From positions 25,422,001-25,486,000 of the forward strand of contig NC_087437.1 of the NCBI RefSeq assembly GCF_036321535.1: a stretch of 64,000 bases of DNA, written 5' to 3'. Of the stretch, positions 1-11,020 are shown piece after piece. Source of the stretch: Camelus dromedarius. Taxonomy: Eukaryota. Numbering within the stretch: position 1 is the first letter of the stretch; each line of letters starts with the position of its first letter. Under the pieces are notes generated by a model. That model ran no database searches, was not told where the DNA came from, and saw only the letters and a list, made by a program, of their open reading frames with translations. The position numbers were made by a program, and so were the translations under genes.

Positions 1-77
1 ATGAGGAATCAGATGGAGACTATAGGAAAGAACTTTGTAGATGGCAAAGTTGTGTGTTGAATAATGTGATTAGGTTG

Positions 78-86
78 TTTTCTTTT

Positions 87-147
<61 letters not shown>

Positions 148-167
148 TTTCTTTCTTTTCTTTTTTT
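78..167 (+). repeat. (TTTC)n microsatellite / polypyrimidine tract
   Basis: Directly visible tandem TTTC units ending in a T run. Confidence 0.97.
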
Positions 168-1198
168 GTCTCAAGAACTCCTGTTTAACGTCATATCAAA
201 GGCTTTTGGTAAACAAACAAATGATGTAAAAAATTGAGGTTATATTTTATTATGGCAATGGATAAGGACTGACCATATTAGTTACTAGAGGAAAATTTTA
301 AAGCAGACCAAGAATTGGAGGCTTTGAAATAAATTTCACATTGGGATTTTGATTTAAATTGCATTTATTTTAATCACATTTGACAATATCCTGTTACTAA
401 ATTTGCTTCTTGCTCCATTTTAAATAAAAAATTTCTTTTGTTTTAATAATATAATAAGCAATAAGTGCTGAAATGAAATTTCTGTAGAAAAAAACTCCGT
501 TTGATTTTCTGAAATTTGTGTATTTTTAGTATCAAGCATCAGGAGTAGGAATGAAATTTAAATGTTCTTAAAATGCTCCCTTTGAAAATTGTCAGGTTTT
601 TTAACTTTAGCATAGTGTCTCTTAAAGTGTGTTTTTATGACATACATCCATTTTTGGTTACAATCAGAATAATTATTTTATCACATTTATGTCTCTGAGT
701 GATCAAACTCAACAAACATTTATGGATTAGATTACCTGCCTGTCCAAGGCAGTTTCTGATATATTTATTAATGATTTGAAGTATAATATTCTGTTAAAGG
801 ATGTGAGTTTAAAAGTGAACCAGTCAGCTCACAATGAGTTACTTCTAGTTCGTTATTTTAGTCAGAGTTAAGGTAGTGAAAATTACTTTGTAGGTCTGAA
901 GTTGAAACATGTGTTAATAAAGGAAATAAAACCTGAGGTTTGAGATGCTGTGGTATCTCATACCTGAGATTTGATTCACATTGGATGCAATGGTCTATGT
1001 ATTATTATATTAGAATTACAACTGGAGTGATTCAACAATTGTTTAAACAATTTACCACTTCAATATTGAGACAGAAAATAGAACAAAATAATTCATTCCC
1101 TCACTTCCTAACTTTCTTAGTACTGTGTGTTTATGTATTTATATTGGGTGTGTATTTATTCATGCCCAATTTCAGCAAAATTAGCACCAATGACTTAC

Positions 1199-1216
1199 CC
1201 AAAACTATACCGCACA
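1199..1216 (-). other. Candidate 18-nt microexon (TGTGCGGTATAGTTTTGG) of an unidentified minus-strand transcript
   Basis: Minus strand reads cactgAt (branch-like) + actttctcgttatttttccag | 18 nt | gtaagt. Frame-preserving, open as xVRYSFG or xCGIVLx. Lies in non-repeat DNA. Confidence 0.45.
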
Positions 1217-1529
1217 CTGGAAAAATAACGAGAAAGTATCAGTGGGAAAAACATGCCAAAATAATTTGAAATGCATTATCATTGCACACTTCAAATCGCA
1301 GAGCTTCAATGGATACAGTGAGCTGGTGGCACGTGCCTTTTCAGTCAAGGACAATTTCATAAAAATTGTAAAGTTATCTGCTTTTACTAAATCCTTTGAC
1401 TAAAGGGCAGATTAAAAGCCCAGGTTTACACATACTTGCCAAATATTTCTGCATCTTCAAACCACTACTAGCCTATTCAGGGGACCAAGTTGTGAGTATT
1501 TAAAATTAAAAATAAAAGAAAGAAAAAAG

Positions 1530-3050
1530 AGTGTAACTTCCATTTACAACAATATGGTAGACTAAATAACCTGACAACTCTTAAACCATAAAACATCTAG
1601 TAGTCCTGGAAAAGTAATAGTTAAACCATTCCTGTTAACCATCTTGTTCACGGAATGGTTTCTCAGTTAAGAAAGTAAGGGGAATTCCCAGAAGCTGAGA
1701 TCTAGAAGAAATAAATTCCAGAGAGATGAAAACAAACTGATTCTGGGAATATCCTGGGGAGAAGGGCTGATCCAGCAAGAAAGGGCTTGGAGAGGGGACG
1801 AAGCCTCAAGTAAAAAGCAATGCAGTAAATTGGAGCAAAACTCCCTCATAAGCTAGAACCTTCCAAGAGCTACAGATTCAATGAAAACTATAATGAATAA
1901 GAAAACAAACAGATAAGTGTCTTCCTGCACAGACAGATGAGAAGGGAGCTTGTTTGTCTCAGCCTAGGCTCCAGGGTCTAAAAAAGGCTCTCTTAAGGAT
2001 TTATAAGCACAGGCCAATTAAATTCAGGTTTAGATAAAGAAATAGACAAATTTGTAGAGAAAGCTACACAATCATTGACAGATAAAACGACAATAATCAA
2101 TGATAAGCCCTCATTTGGGAAATGAGAACAAAGTTGAGATAAAAGTTGGAAAACAATAACAAAAGATAAAAGGAGACTCAGAGTTCAGGATTTCTGAAAG
2201 CTTTTTTTTAAAGGAGGGTAGTGATACTAACTTTGGATTTTAAGTATTTAGATTAAATTCTAACTATTAAAATGTAAAAGGAAAAATTTTAAAAACCCAG
2301 TAAGAGGCAGGAAATAAAGGGACAAAAGAAGCATAGAAAAAGCAAGTTAAATAGAAAACTCCTAAAAGATGGTAGAAATAAATCCATATATAAATGATCA
2401 CAATAAATATTACAGACAAAACTAACTAATTAAAACAGATCACTGGTTAGATTAAGTTTACTAAGCCATATATATCCTATAAAATATATAAATATGCTTA
2501 AACATAAAGATATAAACACTTTAGAAGGTTATAAAAAAATGGAAAAGAAAATTTATCAGGCACCAGTAAGTATCAAAGAATACAGACCACATTCTGTAGA
2601 CAAATGTAATTAAGACAGGAATATGCAACAAAAATATAACAAATAAAAAATGCATTTTGGAATTTTAAAAGGTACTTCTAGATAACAGAGGGATCAAGAA
2701 TAAATAATAAACTAGAAAAATTATGAGTGAGGGTAATGAAAACATTAAGTTTCCAATATACTACTACAGTGGTTCAGAGTGAAGTATTTCTAGATTTAAG
2801 ATTTATATTAGAAAAGATGAAAAACTTGATATGTGCTATTTTCAAGAGTTAGAAAAAAATAATATGGTGAGTCAAAGAAATTAGGATGAAGGGGATGAAA
2901 AGACAAAAATAAAAAAAGAGTTCTGTTTCTGATTATTTGGTAAACCTAACATTCTTGTTGAAACTAAGACAGAAAATCATAGAAAGATAAATAGATGGAC
3001 AGATAATTTTCTTTCTTAAATCATCAAATTCTAACAATGAACCACCAGGC
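1530..3050 (+). mobile_element. Very old, degraded L1 (L1M/L1ME-like) fragments
   Basis: A-rich plus strand with degraded L1 5'/ORF2-endonuclease-region-like text. Recognition is weak. Confidence 0.5.
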
Positions 3051-3179
3051 CAAGACCTGCAGAGGAAAATAAGCCTACCTCACTTTTGCCCTAGGGATTT
3101 TGCTCACCCAGGCATAATCAAGCCACATGTTGGTGGCTTCAAGGAGCAAGAGACATAACACAAAACCAAGGACTGCTTA

Positions 3180-3345
3180 GTAATAATAAATAAAAATAAT
3201 ATTAAACACATAGAACTTCCTACATATAAGGCACTGTTCTGAGCACATTACACATATTAACTTTTACAATCTTTACCAAACCCACTGAGTTCCCCGTTAT
3301 TAATATTACCTCCACTTTACAGATGAGGAAACTATGGCACAGCCT
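3180..3345 (-). mobile_element. MIR SINE
   Basis: MIR core in reverse orientation: ctttacagatgaggaaactatggcacag, preceded by ggcactgttctgagcac. Confidence 0.85.
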
Positions 3346-3779
3346 CAGATGATGGGGAGATGTAATAGGATACCTTCCTCTCCCATAAAGTTGGAACCCT
3401 AAAAAACTAAATCCTCAGTATGAGTATGAATTATCCAGAATAAACCCGAACCTACAGGTGACATCAAAGAAAGTAGCTTTGACACTAAGGAAACAAGGTG
3501 AAGGGGGAAAACATCCTTGAGAGTTTACAACCACAAACCAGCCAATCTGAACAAAGACATCATGTTCCTAGGTCTTAACAACTCCCACAATAAAATGTCC
3601 AAAAAAAAAAAAAAAAAAATGAGCAGGTCTGAGCCCCAGATAATAAAAGCACAAGGAAACAAAGCACAATAAGTGAGAAAAAGCAGGCAACAGAAACTGA
3701 AGATGTTGGATTCACTAGATAAAAATTATAAATTAACCATGCTTACTAATTCTAAGAAAAAACTTTGAGTCAGAAAATA

Positions 3780-4712
3780 TTTGCATCAGATAGGAAACAT
3801 AAATCTGAAATTTAAAATTATAGTATGTTTAGAAAATATCACATAATGGTATTGGTATAAAGTCTGGATGGGGATGCAAAAGTGAAAATCACAGAGAAAA
3901 CAACTGACAAATTTAATCACATTAAAATGTAGAATTTATGCTGGTCAAAAGACACCATAAAGAGGGTGAAAAGAAGCTACAAAATGAATGGATCAGTTTG
4001 CAAAACTTTTAATTTACAAAATTTTAGTACCCAGGATATATGCATGACGTTAGTCCAAGTCAGTAAGAAAAAAAATTAATAAAAGTGGGTAAAAGGCTTG
4101 ACCAGACATTTCACAGAAAAGGGGAAAAAATCAATTTCTATTAACATGTGAAAAATCTCTCTACCTCAGGAATCATCAGAGAAATGCAAATTAAAACAAA
4201 AACAGAAGACCTTTTCCCACAGAGATTGGCAATAATTTAAAGGTTAACAGCATCAAGTCTTGGTGAAAATGAAGACAACCTGAAAAATTACATCCTGTTC
4301 AAAGGAAAGTAAACTGATGAAAGAAATTTGGGAAACAATTTAGCATTGTCTAATAAAATGTGAAATGTGCATCCCTTATAATTAAACAACTCTGCAGCTA
4401 CATATGAACCTAAGACTACAGGGTCTAGAGAAACATGTTCACGTGTGCAAGGAGACACATGTGTGCAGATGTTAGGAGCAGCACTGCTGTTAAGAGTAAA
4501 CACATCCATTAATAGTTGAGAGTTAAAGTGTGGCATACTTACACAACATCATATCATACAGCTATCTACATCAGTCCTGATCTTTGTAAAAAGTAGTAAG
4601 TTGCACTACCTCTTTGCCAGAGGATACATAGTATGGTTAAAGTCATATAAAGATGAAAAAGGTACATGCAATCTGTAAAGAAAGTTAAGCAAATAAACAT
4701 CATAAACTTCAG
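3780..4712 (+). mobile_element. Old L1 (L1ME-like) ORF2 end / 3'UTR, interrupted by the MED15 retrocopy and resuming about 5658-5780
   Basis: L1 3'-region motifs caaaagacaccataaagagggtgaaaag, agacatttcacagaa, atcagagaaatgcaaattaaaac. Confidence 0.75.
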
Positions 4713-5657
4713 CCTGCTGACTACCCTGCCCAGAGCCCGCTTTGGGTTGACCGACAGTGGCAGTATGACGCCAACCCCTTCCTGCAGTCGGTGCACCGGT
4801 GCATGACCTCCAGGCTGCTGCAGCTCCCTGACAAGCACTCGGTTAAGGCCCTGCTCAACACCTGGGCCCAGAGTATCCACCAGGCCTGCCTCTCAGCTGC
4901 CTAGCCACCACCACTGCTGCATCTCGGGCTGCCCACCCACCCACCAGGGACATCAGGGCGGCCGGCAGCCTTGTCAGGGCCACGTGTTGGACGTTTCTAG
5001 ATGCTGGCTTCCTTAGAGAGCCTGGGCTTAGGTTAGCTTTCCTGCTTTTATCTTCTGCCTTGGGGACCTGCCAGGCATTTCCCACACTTGGACAGAACAG
5101 GACAGGCGGCTGATTGTGGAGGTGTGGGGCGGGGCCCCCAGGAGTCGGACATGGCCCAGGCCCTGTGCTCCTCGGGCTGCTGTCCCCGTGGCCTCTGCAG
5201 GGCCCGTGTCCCCCCTCAGCAGCACAGAGTGGAGACTGAGGTCTTGTTGGAGCCTCTATGTGCACCAGAAAACCCTTCTACGTTTCTGTGGGGGAACACG
5301 CCAAACATAGGAAATCCTTAAAACACACACAGGATCCTCTGATCAGTTTTGGGTTCAGTCCATGCCACCGTCAGCATGTGGGGCACACCACAGGGTAGCT
5401 CCAGGATCTGCTGGAGGGAAGGTCGGCCTGGGCTGTGAGTCCCCTGCCAGTGGTTGGGCCTCATACCCCACGGGGCCACTCAGCCCTGTGGGGATGCCCG
5501 GGGAGCAGGGCGTCTGGGTGGGTCCTGTGTCTGGCCCCAGGCCCACTGGTGAAGCGCTGGGGCCCGTGCTCAGGGCAGGATGTTGTCCTCCGCCTGCAGA
5601 GAGTGAGGGCTCCTGGCAATGAGTTCCCCCTTTCTATGTGCGTTACTGTGTTGTCTG
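4713..5657 (+). pseudogene. MED15: 5'-truncated processed pseudogene (retrocopy) of Mediator subunit MED15: C-terminal 63 codons plus 3'UTR
   Basis: 4713-4904 translates without disruption to PADYPAQSPLWVDRQWQYDANPFLQSVHRCMTSRLLQLPDKHSVKALLNTWAQSIHQACLSAA*, the MED15/ARC105 C-terminus as I recall it. The GC-rich sequence that follows resembles the MED15 3'UTR. An in-frame TAA lies upstream at 4686 and there is no upstream ATG. Confidence 0.93.
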
Positions 5658-5984
5658 TTGTCCAAGTAGGAGGGAAGCATTTGGTATAGGAAGGAGTGAG
5701 CAGAAGAAATTTACAAGATAATGACAATACTCTCTTGAATTGCGGGTGGTTACATTTAGTGTGGTTGTAACATAAATTGTGAGAGAGGAGAGAAGGATAA
5801 TAAGGGAAGGCAAAACTAGAAATCTGGGCAGGAACCCTGGTCTTTTAGAGCTTTGCATAGAGATTGGTTTTATCTCATGGGATGAAAAACCAATTTCAAG
5901 CCAAAGTACTGGATCCATATTTTAGAGTGATCTCCAGGGCACCAGTGAGGAGGACTGCTTGGAAGGGAGAAAGATTACAATATT

Positions 5985-6450
5985 TCTTTGTTCATGTGCT
6001 TGAATTCAGGCTTTGTCTTCTTCAATCCTGTATCCCCAGTGACCTCCACTATGCCTGACACATAGAAAGTACTCAAAAAATACCTGTCAGCAATTGAACA
6101 CCTTGCACAGGAAAATAAGAACAATGCAGGAAAATGGCCAGTTTTTAAACACAATACAAGTAAACATGCATGGAACTTGGTGATCAATAGGATGTGGAGA
6201 GTGATATAAAGCTATCAACCAAAGATGCTAAGTATTCTGGCTTGGGTGATTGGTGGCACCATAATGGAGAGAGAAAATAGAGTAGGAGAATCCAATTTGA
6301 GGCATAAAAGAGTGGTTCCACTTCTGACAGGCTGAGTTTGGAGTGCTCGTGAAATATCTAGGGAAAGGACTTCCAGGAAAGTTGGAAATGCACCCCTGGA
6401 GTGAAGGAAAGAAGTCTGGGCTAACGATATATATTTGTAAGATGTTCAGT
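5985..6450. mobile_element. L2 LINE fragments (a 3' end on +, a body fragment on -)
   Basis: ctgtatccccagtg...tgcctgacacatagaaagtactcaaaaaata is an L2 3' end. gagtttggagtgctcgtgaaatatcta...gaagtctgggcta resembles L2 antisense. Confidence 0.65.
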
Positions 6451-8599
6451 AATTGCTTCAAGGTCCCAGATCAGTAATTCCGAATGTTAGAGAAGATGAA
6501 ATTCTCTGGTGTAAAATAAAAATGTCTTCCTTTCTCGTTCAGGGAAAATGTTCCACATTGCTCACAGGGAAATGTCGGTAGTTTGGGGGGTTTATTGCTT
6601 TGGAAAAGTTCTGTTTCTCCCTTTGTCTGATTTGGGTTTCAGCAGACTCGACCACTACCTACCTATCCATCTCCCACATGCAAACACACTGATACAGAAT
6701 ATTTTAATGAAAAATTCTTGCCTGAAGCTACTCAACAACCTTATTAAAACCTGACTGCTGCTTTAGCTAAAGCAATGGGAACCAGAAACAGCACTAGAAC
6801 TTAACCAAGCCATTGGCTTACTGTATCTGCACTGTGGAAGTAAACACAACCAACAGTAACCTACCCGATTTTAAATTTCCCAACCATTCTGCCAAGTATT
6901 TTAACTTTTCCTCACATATCTTGGGAAACACAAAATCACTTGTAATCGAAGCATCTTTGTCAGATCTCTCACTTTAAAACAGTTGTTTTGAATAGGAAAA
7001 TTCAAATGAGAGTAAGCTTTCCTCAGGTCAAAGAAGGATATGTTGTATCTGAAACAAGATTTTTTCAAGGAACTGTGGTATAAAAGCAGGTAAACAAGTG
7101 TATCTATTTGGAAATACAGATGAACTCAGTACATCTCGATCACTTCGAGTGAGTGGTTCTCATGTTAGACTGTTCATTCTTCTATTTTTATCCTCATCTC
7201 CCTCACCTAACATCAGGTACTTAATTGGGTTCTTACAGGATCCTCTGTGTAATCAAGGAGGCCAGCCTACGATGGGGTTTTGCTTTACTTCAGTTGCTGT
7301 AATTGCTAATCAGGATCGCAGGCCTCTGAAGCCAGCCCCATTTTACACAACTACTTGAGATGTTGCTGTCTGTGGTAATAGAAGACAAAGTCAACAAGAT
7401 GTTCTGGGCATCCCGCCTTCATTCTGCCTAGACATTTAACCCAACACCAGCTGGCTTTTGTAAATATCTGTCCCCAGAATTAGTCATCTGTGAACTCTCG
7501 GTCTCAGTTCGTTAAGTTAGGTTAACTCATGCTGACATTCTTTTTTAATTTTTAATCTTTCTCTTCATATTACTTTTTTCCAGAGGCTTTACAACAATAA
7601 CTTTACATCCATTTTACCTTTTTTGTCCTCTATTCAGCAGCTCAGGTTTTAAAAACAAATAAAAAAGAAGTATTTTAGCATAACTATACACACTCGGGTG
7701 GGAAAATAAACATTTCTCATGATTGAACTAGAATTCACAGTCCAAATAAACAACAATGTACAAAGTTCATTGAGAGTTATTTGTCACTGATCATCCGAAA
7801 GGTCAATGCTTCAGCAGAGTAACCATCATTTAATATTTCTTGTTACTGAGCAATACGCAGTGAAGAGAACCTACAGACCTATTTGTGAATATTTACATGG
7901 GGCATATCAAGAAATTATTTTGGCACCTGAGATTTAAACTAGTTTTAGGAAATTAAAAAAAAGTAAAATCTGAATATAAAGAATGATAATATATCAATGT
8001 GGAAAACTCACTGAAGGAAAATTCATTGAAGACAAATGGAAATAGTCATCAGTAGGCACATTCGGGGATGGGGGACAGTCAAGAGAGAAGACAGAGTGAA
8101 AAGGAGAGAAAAGAGGGTGAGACAGGTGGTAAGAGAGAGTGTGAACGAAAAAGATGAAGAAAAGATATTAAAAGGTGGTAGCTTTGTTGTAGAAGAAGAA
8201 ATGAGTTCCTTATCAAAAGAAATACAAAATAAAAAGGGATACAAGTGATAAAAAGTATTTCTTTTCCAACCTAAATTTACAGTAAAATCTAGTTACTATA
8301 AGCCATTTACAACATGCCTGGTATTTGATGAGTGTGGGATGATGGATGATAGACAACTGTTACAGCATTTGGTTTCTTGTTTAAACTTCATGCAGAACAT
8401 CACAGTGAAAAATCCAAAAATGTGAAAGTAAGTAAACAATTCTTAATCATTAAGACTAGAAATAAAAGGAATGAGTATTTTAATACCAAATATGATTCTG
8501 ATATATTATCTCAAGTGAAAAAATAGTGAAAAAAGGTTAACAAACGTACAACAATGTTTGTTCATTAGGCATTTTTGTTTTAAAATAGCAGAAAATAAT

Positions 8600-9120
8600 T
8601 ATTATCACCAAAGTCTGAATTAGTGCAATAGTCTCATATCTAGTCTTCCTGCTCCAACCTGTCCTCAAATCTGTTGCAAGCCTTTTAAATTTAAGAGCTC
8701 ACATCTCTCCTTGCCCCCAAAACAACCAGCCAAGGTAAAAGGCAAGGCCACCACATCCTTCAGGATCCAGCCTCTGGCCCCTCTGTGCCTTTATCCCTTA
8801 TTACTCTCCTCCTGGCCACTCTGTCTGAGCCACGCTGACCATAGCCATTCCTCAAACACTCCACCATCTTCCTGGCTGGGGCCTGTGCATTTGCTATTCC
8901 CCCATCTAGAGCAATCTTTCCTTAGCTATACTTGGGATTTTCAGTGGAGGCTTTTCCTGACCATCCTGTTTGAAACACCAATCCCTCCCTTCCTCTGCCC
9001 CTTCCCTGTTCTAATTTCCTCCATAGCATATGTCATATTTTATTTATTTATTGGTTTGTTTTATGTAGACAGTGCCAGCACATAGCAGACATTTGATAAA
9101 TATTTTTGTTAATGAATACT
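8600..9120 (+). mobile_element. L2 LINE 3' portion
   Basis: Pyrimidine-rich L2 text (gcctgtgcatttgctattcccc, ttttcctgaccatcct) ending in cagtgccagcacatagcagacatttgataaatatttttgttaatgaat. Confidence 0.8.
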
Positions 9121-9139
9121 CCACATGTTCAATGAATTA

Positions 9140-9470
9140 CCAATTGCTTGCCCTTATATAGTACTTGGTATATATGTGCAAGTTCTGTGTAAGTATTTTT
9201 GCTTGTATTAACCCACTTAAATACTCACAACAACCCTATGAGATAGAGTTGTACTCTAAACACCATTTAGTTGTCTTTTTTTTTCTACATCCATGCTACA
9301 ACTAGCAAAGAAACTAGTCCCATTTTATAGTCAAGGAAACTGAGGCATAGAGATTTTAACTATCTTGCCCAAGAGTGCACAGCTAGTAAGTGATGCAGCC
9401 AGGATTCCAAACCAGGCAGTCAGCAGAGAGTTTTCATACATTTAGCTGCTACATTTCACTGCTTCTCCAT
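9140..9470 (-). mobile_element. MIR SINE
   Basis: cccattttatagtcaaggaaactgaggcatagag...cttgcccaagagtgcacagctagtaagtg. Confidence 0.85.
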
Positions 9471-10299
9471 GAATGAATGGATCAAGTCAACAAAAGACAC
9501 CTGACATTTGTGCAATGCCTTATGATTTTAACAGTCTGTTCATATACATGTCCCCATATGTTATACAGAGGAAGTGTAAGTGCCTTTTTCATTTTGCTAG
9601 TAAAGAGTGAGCATATTTTCTCTTTTTGCCAAATTCAGTATAAAATTTAAAATATCTTCATTTAACATTTAGGAAATATCTAGCACATAACTGGTGCCAA
9701 GTCACAGAAGAGAAGTTAAGAATTTATGAAACAGAGTTCTACCCTCAAGATGCTTACATTCTATTGAGTAAAATAGAAAAAGTAATTTGTAAATGAATAG
9801 ATATTGAAATAACTGCTCTAACAGAAGCTTATACAATGTTCTATGACATGCTTATAACTGATCTTGTCTTAGGGTAAGTGAAGAAGACTTTATAAGGGGG
9901 TTGGGGGCAGCTTTAGAACAGAAGATGAGCAGACATTTATTTGTAGAGATGAGAGAAAATGGGCATTCCTGGTGGAGAGCTTTATCCAAGCATGAAAGCA
10001 AGAGCACGGCAGAGGTGGGTGAAGCTGACAGTTCTCTACAGGGAGAGCGCTGAGCGGGGATGACAGAGTGGTAACAAAGAACGCTAAAAGGTAGACTGGG
10101 TCCAGGTTACAAGGAAGGTTAAACTTTCTCCTGTACTCACTGGGCAGCTATCTACATAAGAATAAATTTACTCTTTAGGATTGTAGAGGATTGGTATGAG
10201 CAAGATCCAAGGAAGAACCTGAAACTCCATGTACTTTTTGGAACACCCTGGGTAAAATCCTGATGTGAATATCAGTGAGGAAGCCCAGGGCCACTACTA

Positions 10300-10480
10300 G
10301 AAGTTCCTTAGCGAACGCCCGGGAAGAAAGGGAAACAGGGAGTTACAAGCCAGTTATGATGACGCAGGACACAGTAAACTCTTTCACCCAGTGGGCCTGA
10401 GGGTCCTTGGAGGAAACTCAGACTGCTTGACTTCTGTAAATGCTCCAAAAGACGCGGTTACATTTTCCCTAAGCGTTAAG
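10300..10480. promoter_or_regulatory. Small CpG-retaining patch with a CRE/ATF half-site (TGACGCA at 10360-10366)
   Basis: About 7 CpGs in 170 bp within a CpG-depleted window, not obviously in a repeat. Confidence 0.3.
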
Positions 10481-10859
10481 TTTTGTTCTTTGCTTTTTCT
10501 CCTTCTCATACACCTACTAGCAACTACTATGAAAACTAAACTCTTTCATAGCTTTTTGGGGGAAAGGACTGCCAAACTAGATGGTTAGAAATCATGTTAG
10601 ATAAACAAACGATTACTCTACACTTTATTTCAACCTAAAGTCCATTTTAAGTCAGATGCTCAAAACTGTTAAATTGTCAGTATCACACATCAAGATATGC
10701 TATTATCGTCATAGGGCTCTCCAGACTAGGAAGGAGGGCAGCACTGCAGTTGATCGGTACATCTCTATTGGTTTGATACTACTTCCAGAAAAGAATCCTT
10801 ATTTGCAGAATAAGGTTGATTCTTTTTTCTGAATGCCTTTAGAAAAACAAAATTAGAGA

Positions 10860-11020
10860 ATCATAATGATAGCCTTTAGTTTGTGTATCACATTTCCTCT
10901 TAAAATTCTCTCATTCACTTCCATCTCATTTAATCCCCACAAAACTCCATGAAGTGGGTATCACTGGCTCTGTTTTGTAGATGAGGAAACTTTAATTTAG
11001 AGGTCTTCCAACTTTTACCT
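10860..11020 (-). mobile_element. MIR SINE
   Basis: atctcatttaatccccacaaaactccatgaagtggg...ttgtagatgaggaaact. Confidence 0.75.

Noticed and set aside
4566..5727. Cluster of overlapping 60-136 aa ORFs on both strands
   Set aside because: Shadow ORFs from the GC-rich MED15 retrocopy; the meaningful frame is 4713-4904.
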